In this document: positions 24,925 through 32,440 of the stretch, piece by piece
How positions within the stretch are numbered: the first letter of the stretch is position 1
Layout: each line of letters starts with the position of its first letter
IMG/VR virus record: IMGVR_UViG_3300016484_000153
Location: 1 to 32,440 of that record
Source of the DNA: a virus
Lineage: Duplodnaviria; Caudoviricetes
DNA: 32,440 nucleotides
Strand: one strand, 5' to 3'
Program-made: the position numbers and the translations under genes
Notes under the pieces: generated by a model
Database searches by the model: none
What the model was told of the DNA's origin: nothing
What the model saw: the letters and a program-made list of their open reading frames with translations, nothing else

Positions 24925-27038
24925 TGGCAACTGAAGTTCAAGAATATGACATTAATAGTCTATTAAAGGGACTTTCTCCATCAGATACATCAGTTGGAGC
25001 AGCCAAAGAATATGACATTAATTCGCTATTGGGTGAATTAAAGCCTTACAAGCCAGAATCTGTAACTGCTGGAGCTGGGCCATCGCCAACAAATATATTG
25101 AAAGGCGCAGAGTTTTTTGCTCAAAATCCTGTTGCAGTTAAAGCAATCAATCAGCCAGCAGTAAAAGATATTGGCAAGGGCGTTGCTTCTGTATTGGATA
25201 CAACTGTTGGATCTGCCATTCCAAGCGCAGTTGGATTTGTGGCGCAGCCAATAGCAAGATTGTTTACAAGCCCAGAAAGAGCGCAGGAAATCACTCAAAA
25301 CATTACCAGCGCAATAGATAAGCCATTTGGAAAAGCATTTGGAATTACTGAAGATCCTGCTTATAAACAGGAAGCCAGCAATCGTTTTATGCAATACATT
25401 GGCGAAAATTATGACAAAGGCGCAGATTGGCTTTCTCGTCAAACTGGCCTTCCAAAGGCTGATGTTGCCTATTACATGAATGCTTTAACGGCTTTAGCTG
25501 GTGGAAAAGCAGTAGAAGTAGGCAAGCCTTATGCAAAAGCTGGCATAGAAAAAATTAGTTCAGAGTTTCAAAAGGCAAAAGCTGGTATTGGTATGGCTGA
25601 AAAGCCTGTTGTTCCAGAAGCTCCAGTAGCAGCACCAGCAGCGCCAGAAGCTCCAACAGGAGTATCTCCTACTCAAGCTCCAATGACAGCACCAAAAGCT
25701 GCTGTTGTAGAGCCAGCACCAGCGCCTTTAAACCCACTCCTTCAAGAGCAAGTAAAGAGAGCAAAACAAGCTGGTCAGCAAATAGATGAGGGCGCTTTAA
25801 ATCGTCAAAATGAAGCTATGTCTATTGATCCAAGGCTTACATTGACAGAAGGACAAGCCTTACAAGATCCTAATTTGATCTCAATTGAGCGTAATGAGCG
25901 TGGAATTAAAGAGAAATTGGTAGAAAAGTTCAATGAACAAAACCAAATTCTTAAAGAAAAAGCTGAATCTTATAAGAATCAGTTTACGCCTGATGTTAAA
26001 GGGCTTTCTTATGTTGAAAATTCAACCCATGCGATCAATGCAATTGATGATTTAATTGGAAAAAATGAGGCTGCTGCCAAAACCAAATATGAAGAATTAA
26101 AGAATCTTGGTGGCGGAAAATTAGAGCTAGATGGCAAAACATTTGGCACAACAGCTAGAGAAGCTCTTGGCGCAGAAGATATTCAAGATTTTGTTCCTAG
26201 TCAGATTATGAAGCGAATTGATGCTTATGCTGATGGAACAAAACAAATGAATTTGAATTTATTTGAAAGCCTAAGAACTCAAATTGCTAGAGAATCCAGA
26301 AAAGCTGAAAAAGCTGGCGATGGCAATACTGTTCATGCTTTGAGCGTTGTTCGCAACCAGCTTGAGCAAATGCCATTAGCTAATGAGGCTGGAGCTATTA
26401 AAGCTGTTGCTGATGAGGCAAGAAGCCTATTTAAAGCAAATAGAGATTTAGAATCCAATAATCCTTTTTATGGTCAAGCAAGCCGAGGCGGTTTGGACAG
26501 CAAAGATTTTGTTCCAAAAGTGGCTTTTCGTTCTAAAAATGACTATTTTGCAAGTGCTATGGAAATTTTGGATAGAGATCCAGTTGCAAAGCAAAACTTT
26601 GCCCAAGGCACTATGGATTACATGATTCGTGAATCTACCGATGGAAGTGGCAATCTTAATCCTATGAAGATGGCTAATTACATTGATGATTTGCAATTAA
26701 ATGGTCGTTTAGAGCCTTTATTTGGCAAAGAAAATGCTGCTGAATTGTTAAAGTTTGCTAGAGTATCTCGTTATACAAAAGCAACTCCAGAAGGCTCTTT
26801 TGTAAACTTCTCTAATACAGTTCCAGCAGGATCTCAAATGATTCAAAAATATGCTCCTGCCATTGCTGAAGTAGTTGGAGCTAGTATGAATATTCCTTTT
26901 GTTGGAGCTGCTACTAAAAAAGGTGGCGAATGGATGCAGCAGCGTAAAACTGCAAAACAAGCAGCAGAAGCAACAAAGCCTGGCGCTGGCGTAGTAAAAG
27001 GCAAAGGCACTAAACTTGAAGATATGTTAAAGGATTGA
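24924..27038 (+). CDS. Large internal virion/ejection protein (P22 gp16 position)
   Basis: Synteny; 704-aa helical protein with C-terminal 'VNFSNT'. Confidence 0.55.
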   Translation: MATEVQEYDINSLLKGLSPSDTSVGAAKEYDINSLLGELKPYKPESVTAGAGPSPTNILKGAEFFAQNPVAVKAINQPAVKDIGKGVASVLDTTVGSAIPSAVGFVAQPIARLFTSPERAQEITQNITSAIDKPFGKAFGITEDPAYKQEASNRFMQYIGENYDKGADWLSRQTGLPKADVAYYMNALTALAGGKAVEVGKPYAKAGIEKISSEFQKAKAGIGMAEKPVVPEAPVAAPAAPEAPTGVSPTQAPMTAPKAAVVEPAPAPLNPLLQEQVKRAKQAGQQIDEGALNRQNEAMSIDPRLTLTEGQALQDPNLISIERNERGIKEKLVEKFNEQNQILKEKAESYKNQFTPDVKGLSYVENSTHAINAIDDLIGKNEAAAKTKYEELKNLGGGKLELDGKTFGTTAREALGAEDIQDFVPSQIMKRIDAYADGTKQMNLNLFESLRTQIARESRKAEKAGDGNTVHALSVVRNQLEQMPLANEAGAIKAVADEARSLFKANRDLESNNPFYGQASRGGLDSKDFVPKVAFRSKNDYFASAMEILDRDPVAKQNFAQGTMDYMIRESTDGSGNLNPMKMANYIDDLQLNGRLEPLFGKENAAELLKFARVSRYTKATPEGSFVNFSNTVPAGSQMIQKYAPAIAEVVGASMNIPFVGAATKKGGEWMQQRKTAKQAAEATKPGAGVVKGKGTKLEDMLKD

Positions 27039-27039
27039 T

Positions 27040-27585
27040 ATGACTGTATTACTTTCCCCAATTGGCAATGGCGCTCAGTTCTTTACAACAACTGGTTTGC
27101 CTTTAAATGCTGGATATTTATTCACCTATCAAGCTGGCAGCTCAACTCCCATTCCTACTTATTTGGATTCAAGCGGTAATATTGCCAATAGCAATCCTAT
27201 CGTTTTGGGCGTGGATGGTCGGCCTCCTTTTGAGATTTGGCTTACTGAAGGCGTTTCCTATAAATTTATCCTTCAAGATTCCAGCAATGTAACTATTGCC
27301 ACTTATGACAATATTTATGGAATCCCAAATACCACTTTAGTAAGCAACCCAATTCCAAGCGGTTCTATCATTATGTGGTCAGGATCTATTGGCTCTATTC
27401 CTGCTGGATATGTTATTTGCGATGGCTTAAATTCAACACCTAATCTTCAAGATAAATTTATTGTTGGATCTGGCTCTACTTATGCAGTTGCCGATAATGG
27501 CGGTTTTGTGGCTGCTGATGTAATGACATCGGCTGGCACTAATAAGCCTCTCTACTATTCACTCGCTTTCATAATGAAAACTTAA
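27040..27585 (+). CDS. Tail protein: virion-attachment N-domain plus tail-collar-like domain
   Basis: 'QFF...G.PL..G.L.TY.AG..TP..TY.D..G...N.NPI.L...GR', then 'GSIIMWSG....P.G...CDG...TPNL.DKFIVG.G'. It sits at the P22 tailspike position. Confidence 0.7.
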   Translation: MTVLLSPIGNGAQFFTTTGLPLNAGYLFTYQAGSSTPIPTYLDSSGNIANSNPIVLGVDGRPPFEIWLTEGVSYKFILQDSSNVTIATYDNIYGIPNTTLVSNPIPSGSIIMWSGSIGSIPAGYVICDGLNSTPNLQDKFIVGSGSTYAVADNGGFVAADVMTSAGTNKPLYYSLAFIMKT

Positions 27586-27830
27586 TGGAGATTCCAATGG
27601 CGTTTGAGATTGATCCTGTCAAATATGGCGTTCTTTGGCAAAAAGTTGAGGATTATGAAAAAAAGTTTGATTCTATGGAAAAAAAGATGGACAAAATGGA
27701 ATCGCAACTTGAGCAATTAGTGTCTATGGCTGAAAGATCCAAGGGATCTCTTTGGGCTTTGATGGGTGTTGCTGGAGTAGTTGGCAGCGTTGTTAGCTTT
27801 TTGGCAGACATTTTCTTTATTAAAAAATGA
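27585..27830 (+). CDS. Coiled-coil plus C-terminal TM protein (holin/antiholin-like)
   Basis: Coiled coil followed by 'LWALMGVAGVVGSVVSFLA', at the start of the lysis cassette. An alternative ATG at 27597 follows GGAG. Confidence 0.55.
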   Translation: MEIPMAFEIDPVKYGVLWQKVEDYEKKFDSMEKKMDKMESQLEQLVSMAERSKGSLWALMGVAGVVGSVVSFLADIFFIKK

Positions 27831-28012
27831 AACGAATACGCCAATCAAAGACTATTTGGTTTTCATCGTTAGTCATGATTGTTAGTGGATTAGAAATGTT
27901 TTTTCCAAGGCTAGAAGGATGGCTTGATCAAAAATATTATGCTCCAGCTTTCTTTTTGGTGGGAATGATCGGCATAATTTTAAGATTAAATACGAAAGAA
28001 CCAATCAGATGA
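27827..28012 (+). CDS. Putative holin (2 TM)
   Basis: Basic N-terminus, 'SKTIWF', two hydrophobic segments and a charged C-terminus. Confidence 0.6.
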   Translation: MKRIRQSKTIWFSSLVMIVSGLEMFFPRLEGWLDQKYYAPAFFLVGMIGIILRLNTKEPIR

Positions 28013-28554
28013 GCATTATTCTCTACCCTTTTTTAGTCATTATTAACTTAATTGGCACAGTTTTAACCTTTCCTTTGGCTTTTATTCTTGCAATATTGAA
28101 GGAAGATAAAGAAGGCTGGTTAGACAATGGAACTCAATGGGGAGTTGGCCCTAGATTGTTTAAATGGCTTTCTTGGTTTCAGACGCCTGATAATAGCTTA
28201 GATGGCGATCATGGCTGGCAAGAAAAGCATAGTCATAGCTGGTGGTCAAGAGTTCAATGGTTATGGCGTAATCCGTTTTATGGCTTTGCTGTGAAGTATT
28301 TGCATGGAACTGATGGCATGAGCTATTCAGGCGATTTGCATTGTGATGAGAGCCATCCTGGGCATTTGCTGGTTAAAGGCAATGGTTTGTTTCAATATGT
28401 GCTTTTTAAGCCCATGTTTGGCAAAACTCTGTATTTGAACCTAGGCTGGAATATTCGTGCTTTAGTAGATCCTCAATATGTAAATGATCCTACAAATGCT
28501 GCATTTATAGCCGATTACCCTGCCACTTTTGCTTTTAGTCCAAGGCTGGTCTAA
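28009..28554 (+). CDS. Hypothetical membrane-anchored protein in the lysis cassette
   Basis: N-terminal hydrophobic segment, then 'WFQTPDNSLDGD..W...WLWRNP.YGF'. Confidence 0.65.
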   Translation: MSIILYPFLVIINLIGTVLTFPLAFILAILKEDKEGWLDNGTQWGVGPRLFKWLSWFQTPDNSLDGDHGWQEKHSHSWWSRVQWLWRNPFYGFAVKYLHGTDGMSYSGDLHCDESHPGHLLVKGNGLFQYVLFKPMFGKTLYLNLGWNIRALVDPQYVNDPTNAAFIADYPATFAFSPRLV

Positions 28555-28937
28555 TGTTTGGAATAAACCTATATGCCATTATTGCTGTTGTTGGTGTGGC
28601 CCTATTTTGTGGTGGGTTTGTTAATGGCTGTTCCTATCAGCAAAGCAAACAAGAAAAAACCATCAGAGAAAAAGAACACCAATACCAAGCGGATGCCGAC
28701 AAAATAAGGACAGAAAAAGATGCTCAAATTAAAGCTATTAATACTCAGCTTGTCGATGCTGTTAGTGAGTTGCGTAAGCGCACCAGTCGTTCCACAGAAA
28801 CCAGCCTTGGATCGTGTGGAACTGGGCTGTCCCTTTATGCCGAGGATGGCACTTTTCTTATCAGGGAAGCTGCCAGAGCAGACGAATTGCGGACAGAATT
28901 AGAAGCCTGTTATAAAAAATATGAGGCTATCAAATAA
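28554..28937 (+). CDS. Rz: Inner-membrane spanin (Rz-like)
   Basis: N-terminal TM, periplasmic coiled coil, and 'L.REAARAD.L...L.AC..Y'. Confidence 0.75.
   Translation: MFGINLYAIIAVVGVALFCGGFVNGCSYQQSKQEKTIREKEHQYQADADKIRTEKDAQIKAINTQLVDAVSELRKRTSRSTETSLGSCGTGLSLYAEDGTFLIREAARADELRTELEACYKKYEAIK
28720..28902 (+). CDS. Rz1: Outer-membrane lipoprotein spanin (Rz1-like), embedded in the +1 frame of Rz
   Basis: Signal peptide with lipobox LLVS-C and a Pro-rich mature part, fully nested in Rz. Confidence 0.7.
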   Translation: MLKLKLLILSLSMLLVSCVSAPVVPQKPALDRVELGCPFMPRMALFLSGKLPEQTNCGQN

Positions 28938-28976
28938 TTATTACTGGGTATTAGGATGCCCAGGCGGAAGCCCTAA

Positions 28977-29573
28977 ATGACATTAGAACAATTAAAAGCC
29001 CTTGGAATTGATGCCAAATGGCTTAATCCATTGAATGATACTTTTGCCAAATACGGCATAGATACGCCAACTCGTCAGGCAGCCTTTATTGGTCAATGCC
29101 AGCATGAATCTAATAATTTCAAAGTCCTTCAGGAAAACCTAAATTACAGCGCAAAAGGATTGATGGCAACATGGCCCAGTCGTTTCCCTGATATGGATAC
29201 AGCAGAGCGTTATGAGCATCAACCTGAAAAGATAGCCAATAAAGTTTATGGCGGTAGAGCTGATCTTGGAAATACAGAAGATGGGGATGGATGGCGTTTT
29301 TCTGGAAAAGGCGTTATTCAGCTCACAGGGCGTTCAAATTTCACAGTATGTGGGCTTGCATTAGGCAGACCATTTGCGGATCATCCTGAGCTTCTCCTAG
29401 AGCCAGAGAATGCTGCTTTATCTGCTGGATGGTTTTGGAACAAAAAGAATTTAAATGCTTTGGCTGATGCTGAAGATTGGCAAACCATGACAAAGCGCAT
29501 TAATGGCGGAACTAATGGTTTAGACGATAGAATTAACAAAATCCATAAAGCTATGGATATTTTAGGAGCGTAA
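28977..29573 (+). CDS. Endolysin, glycoside hydrolase family 19
   Basis: 'AAFIGQCQHES...ENLNYS', 'GDGWRF.G.G.IQLTGR.N', 'SA.WFW' and 'TKRINGG.NGL.DR'. Confidence 0.93.
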   Translation: MTLEQLKALGIDAKWLNPLNDTFAKYGIDTPTRQAAFIGQCQHESNNFKVLQENLNYSAKGLMATWPSRFPDMDTAERYEHQPEKIANKVYGGRADLGNTEDGDGWRFSGKGVIQLTGRSNFTVCGLALGRPFADHPELLLEPENAALSAGWFWNKKNLNALADAEDWQTMTKRINGGTNGLDDRINKIHKAMDILGA

Positions 29574-29575
29574 AA

Positions 29576-29728
29576 ATGGCAGATAAATTTTACAAAGAAA
29601 CCAAAGCGCATGAAAAGCGTGAAGAAAAAGAAGTAATTGCTTTGCGTAATGGCGTATATGAGCTTAAACAAGCCCTAAGAAAGCATGAGAAAGAGCCTAT
29701 GGATAAGGCTCATCCCAAGACTAAATAA
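29576..29728 (+). CDS. Hypothetical charged protein, 50 aa (MADKFYKETKAHEKRE...KAHPKTK)
   Basis: Translated by hand, with an AGGAG SD. Its 3' end overlaps the convergent ORF by 8 nt. Confidence 0.65.
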   Translation: MADKFYKETKAHEKREEKEVIALRNGVYELKQALRKHEKEPMDKAHPKTK

Positions 29729-29909
29729 GCTGTATTAACGGCTCTTTGGATTCTTTATGGTCTAGTGCTGCTTGCCAGGCCATAGTCCAAAGAGTTAATG
29801 CGGTGCTGCCTTCATAAAAGAAATCAGGAAAACGCTGAAAAAATATCTCCTCGCAGTCGTTTTCAGGCACTTTTATTTCCCCTGCAAATGGAACTCCTTC
29901 TGATTTCAT
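29721..29909 (-). CDS. Hypothetical protein
   Basis: GAGGA SD; last gene of the minus-strand operon. Confidence 0.6.
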   Translation of the reverse strand: MKSEGVPFAGEIKVPENDCEEIFFQRFPDFFYEGSTALTLWTMAWQAALDHKESKEPLIQLI

Positions 29910-30112
29910 TTAATCCTCGCTACTTTTGCTTTGCGTAAAACTTGTTCATATTGCTCTTTGGCAGCATCATCAAGTTGGCGCATAGGCAGATTTTGGAAAT
30001 ATTTCCATTTATCTTTGTATTCTTGAAGTTCAGATGGCGGTATCCAGCCATTCAATCTCCAGCGCAAAGTAATATCAGTTCCAGCTTTAGTCCAAATATG
30101 TTGGTTAGACAT
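29906..30112 (-). CDS. Hypothetical protein
   Basis: Pattern 'TDI..RWR..GW.PPSE', with an ATGA overlap downstream. Confidence 0.65.
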   Translation of the reverse strand: MSNQHIWTKAGTDITLRWRLNGWIPPSELQEYKDKWKYFQNLPMRQLDDAAKEQYEQVLRKAKVARIK

Positions 30113-30269
30113 TTTTAATTTCCCTTTCTTTAAGCATTAAATCAGCCAATTTATAGGCTTTTTCAACGGCATTTTGATCCCAATCCTTTTCTTCACTAAT
30201 CAAAAATTGCCAATTCGCTTGAATAATGGCGCTTAATATGTCAATCGCCATTTGATCTCTCATTTCCAT
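30105..30269 (-). CDS. Hypothetical protein, 54 aa (MEMRDQMAIDIL...AYKLADLMLKERE)
   Basis: Translated by hand. It carries the RD..A...AY..AD.ML.ER pattern common in small phage early genes. Confidence 0.7.
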   Translation of the reverse strand: MEMRDQMAIDILSAIIQANWQFLISEEKDWDQNAVEKAYKLADLMLKEREIKNV

Positions 30270-30270
30270 A

Positions 30271-30420
30271 TTAAAAACAAGTTGTATTGCAATTGCCGTT
30301 ATAGCAACAAGTGGTGCAAGTCATAAACTTGCCGTTATAAGTTACTGTGCTTGTTGTGCAGTTGGCATAAACCAAAGTTGCTGCCATTGCCAACCAAATT
30401 CCTAATGCGATTTTTTTCAT
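30271..30420 (-). CDS. Secreted cysteine-rich mini-protein, 49 aa (MKKIALGIWLAMAATLVYA-NCTTSTVTYNGKFMTCTTCCYNGNCNTTCF)
   Basis: Translated by hand. TAAGGAG SD, Sec-type signal peptide, and 6 Cys in a 30-aa mature part. Confidence 0.8.
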   Translation of the reverse strand: MKKIALGIWLAMAATLVYANCTTSTVTYNGKFMTCTTCCYNGNCNTTCF

Positions 30421-30431
30421 GTTAACTCTCC

Positions 30432-30698
30432 TTAAAATGGAATATCTGATTCAAGATCCGCTAAATCTGCTGCTGGAGCTGCTTCTGCTGGTTTTGCTGG
30501 TTTATCCTCTGGAGGGTTTAAATAGCCCCAAACAGCGCCTTCTTTCATACCCAAAAGCGGAATTAATTCCAACTTAACCATCAAATCGCCTTTTTGAGTT
30601 TCAGTAACGATCCCAATGGTTTGATAGCGTTTTTTGCTTTGACCAGTTTGATCTGTATATTCAGATACTGGCGCTTTTACATAATATTTAATTGCCAT
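30432..30698 (-). CDS. Single-stranded DNA-binding-like protein
   Basis: Short beta-rich core, Pro/Ala linker and acidic C-terminal tail ending DIPF. It is close to the exonuclease gene. Confidence 0.65.
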   Translation of the reverse strand: MAIKYYVKAPVSEYTDQTGQSKKRYQTIGIVTETQKGDLMVKLELIPLLGMKEGAVWGYLNPPEDKPAKPAEAAPAADLADLESDIPF

Positions 30699-30700
30699 TT

Positions 30701-30877
30701 TTATTCCTCTGTTGAATTAATAGTTAAAGCACAATTGCCCAATATTCCGATATCTTTAGCGCCTACATAGGCTTTAGCCTGTTGCTCTAAAAATCGCTTG
30801 AAATCTTCCGCCTCTATTTTGTTGGTGTTATACCCTGCAATATTGCAAGTAAATACCAGTTTCACTTCTTTTAGCAT
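30701..30877 (-). CDS. Hypothetical protein, 58 aa (MLKEVKLVFTCNIAG...INSTEE)
   Basis: Translated by hand. TGATG coupling to the exonuclease stop. Confidence 0.6.
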   Translation of the reverse strand: MLKEVKLVFTCNIAGYNTNKIEAEDFKRFLEQQAKAYVGAKDIGILGNCALTINSTEE

Positions 30878-31518
30878 CACTTTCCTTTCATTAATTGCAC
30901 TTCAACTTCTACTTCACTTAAAAACTTGTTAACTTCAACAAGCATTTCATCAATAAAAACCTGATCCCTTGGAATGCGTTTAATAAAGAGCTGGCTGCGC
31001 TCTGGCATTCTTGGGTCATAAGATACAAAGTCGCACCATTGACGGCCTGTAACAGCCATTTGAGCTTGCATTTGAATAAAATATTTATTAGGTGGCGCAT
31101 CAGCTTTGATATATCCCCAATGTGTTGCGCTATTCGGACACTTGATCTCAACAAGTCCATCCAAATTTACCAAACCATCAGGAGAGCAACCAAACCAAGA
31201 AATTGTTGGATGATCCACAAAAGCAATCTGATCCACAAAGTTTCCTGATTTCACTTCATACGCAACCCTGGCGCTGGCTTCCTGATCTTTTCCCCATTCA
31301 ATAGCAGCATTGGAGTAAGATTCTTGAATGGAGTTGGTAACTCGCTGGATAGCCAATTCAATCAGGTAGTTTTGCCTAGAAGCAGAAGGGCCTGTTTTGG
31401 TTTTGGCGAGTATGTCGGCAACCCTAGAAGCCGTTACTTTGCCCAGTCTTAGCTGATGCCAGGCTTCAGTCCCTTGTTCAATGGCAGCAATTCGATCTTC
31501 AGTAGTAAAGGTAGTAAT
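30877..31518 (-). CDS. YqaJ/lambda-exonuclease family 5'-3' exonuclease, probable ATT start (213 aa)
   Basis: 'EQGTEAWHQLRLGKVTAS', 'WG...E..AR..YE', 'GCSPDGLV...LVEIKCP', 'Y..QMQ.QM' and 'WCDFVSYDPR'. The frame is open upstream of the ORF-track start up to TAG at 31528-31530. Confidence 0.88.
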   Translation of the reverse strand: MTTFTTEDRIAAIEQGTEAWHQLRLGKVTASRVADILAKTKTGPSASRQNYLIELAIQRVTNSIQESYSNAAIEWGKDQEASARVAYEVKSGNFVDQIAFVDHPTISWFGCSPDGLVNLDGLVEIKCPNSATHWGYIKADAPPNKYFIQMQAQMAVTGRQWCDFVSYDPRMPERSQLFIKRIPRDQVFIDEMLVEVNKFLSEVEVEVQLMKGK

Positions 31519-31520
31519 TT

Positions 31521-31976
31521 TTAGCTCCTATTATTTGCTTGTTCTTTAGGTGTAGCCCATCTGCAATTAGAAGGCTCATAATTTCCATCATTATTTATTC
31601 GGTCTATTGAATGTATTTTTGATGGCCTTTTTCCCATATCTTTAAAAAAATTTTCAAAATTAAGCCATTCTTTGCAAACAGAAATTCCTCTGCCAGCATA
31701 TCTATGAAATTTAGTAGCTGTTGAATAATGAGTTCTAGCCAATATTCCTTGCCAAATGCCATATTCCTCAGTTCCAAATCCATTATGTTTTGTTGCTCTT
31801 GTTTTTGAAAGTTCAGCCTTTAAACATCCACAGGATTTTTGTCTTTTGCTATTTAATGTGCAAGTTCTTACAAAACAAACATTTCCACAATCGCAAAGAC
31901 ATTTCCAAACATTATGAGCATTTTGTTTTCCAGCCAATTCAACAACAATAAGCCTTTCAAATTTTTTGCCAATCAT
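31521..31976 (-). CDS. HNH homing endonuclease-like protein
   Basis: 'WKCLCDCG...KSCGC', 'Y.GRGISVC.EW' and 'SIDRINNDGNYEP.NCRWAT.KEQANNR'. ATG 31976 is coupled to the upstream stop. The gene is AT-rich. Confidence 0.85.
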   Translation of the reverse strand: MIGKKFERLIVVELAGKQNAHNVWKCLCDCGNVCFVRTCTLNSKRQKSCGCLKAELSKTRATKHNGFGTEEYGIWQGILARTHYSTATKFHRYAGRGISVCKEWLNFENFFKDMGKRPSKIHSIDRINNDGNYEPSNCRWATPKEQANNRS

Positions 31977-32068
31977 AAATCCATCCAAATATAAATAAGC
32001 ATCAAAAAAAAGATCAGCCAGCAAATTGCGCCAGTAATCGCAAAAATCCAAATCAAAAGAGTAATCAT
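31973..32068 (-). CDS. Small single-TM peptide, 31 aa (MITLLIWIFAITGAICWLIFFLMLIYIWMDL)
   Basis: Translated by hand, with ATGA overlaps at both ends. Confidence 0.6.
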   Translation of the reverse strand: MITLLIWIFAITGAICWLIFFLMLIYIWMDL

Positions 32069-32376
32069 TTCAAAACATTCACAGAATTAACATTAATGTT
32101 GGTATTTCCGCCTTTATTCCATTGAATCATGTAAAAGGGATGTTTATAGGAATAGCAGCCATCAGTAATTTTTGATCCTGTTTTATCGGTGCTGTAAACA
32201 TAATATTGGTCAGGAACTCTTTCGCCAGTAGAAAGATAAACACAAGGGCTGTATGTGAAAAACATACTTCCTCCAGCCCTATTTGATGTATAAGCCATTT
32301 CATTGTCGGCTCTGGCGTATTTCATGCTGGTAAATACAGCAAAAAACAAAACAATTGATATTTTTAAATATTTCAT
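32065..32376 (-). CDS. Secreted/periplasmic hypothetical protein
   Basis: Signal peptide ending ARA, with two Cys in the mature part. Confidence 0.7.
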   Translation of the reverse strand: MKYLKISIVLFFAVFTSMKYARADNEMAYTSNRAGGSMFFTYSPCVYLSTGERVPDQYYVYSTDKTGSKITDGCYSYKHPFYMIQWNKGGNTNINVNSVNVLK

Positions 32377-32438
32377 TTTCTAGCATCCTTTTCTTTTCTA
32401 AGAATCTCATCAAACATAGCTTTAAGCTCCCAATTCTG
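32373..32438 (-). CDS. 3' end of a gene that starts beyond the window (...QNWELKAMFDEILRKEKDARK)
   Basis: Open frame to the window edge, with an ATGA overlap with the 32376 start. Confidence 0.5.
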   Translation of the reverse strand, partial: QNWELKAMFDEILRKEKDARK

Positions 32439-32440
32439 CT

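Noticed and set aside
31977-32051. ORF-track N-terminal extension of the HNH gene
   Set aside because: This region is better explained by the coupled 31-aa TM peptide in another frame, and ATG 31976 gives a typical N-terminus.
1-32440. Alternative genetic code or stop-codon readthrough
   Set aside because: Long genes are intact under the standard code and tile the window with tight overlaps.

Overview
This window is most of the genome of a tailed dsDNA phage with P22-like (podovirus) morphogenesis genes, and it is AT-rich by eye. A Gram-negative host is inferred from the Rz/Rz1 spanin pair. The + strand (1-29728) runs through: the end of a replication-initiator gene; a nin-like accessory region (C5-methyltransferase-like gene, ninB, repeat-bounded small genes, nucleases, rusA); GroES; terminase; P22-type portal, scaffold and coat; a glycosyltransferase; tail fibre and Gly-rich proteins; gp4- and gp10-like tail genes; three ejection proteins; and a lysis cassette with a GH19 endolysin. 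The - strand (29721-32440) is a convergent early operon with an SSB-like gene, a YqaJ/lambda-type exonuclease, an HNH endonuclease and small secreted or membrane proteins. I saw no integrase, tRNA, rRNA, CRISPR array or reverse transcriptase. The most unusual signals are: (1) an array of small genes built from alternating conserved DNA boxes and variable segments (1638-2445); (2) an unannotated secreted 6-Cys mini-protein (30271-30420); (3) an exonuclease that can only start at a non-canonical ATT codon; (4) a glycosyltransferase inside the virion module; (5) one small domain inserted three times into the gp4 and gp10 homologues; (6) a recurring AGGGTWWACCCT-like palindrome upstream of late genes; and (7) apparent avoidance of GTAC and ACGT. 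All product calls come from motif recognition and synteny, with no database search.
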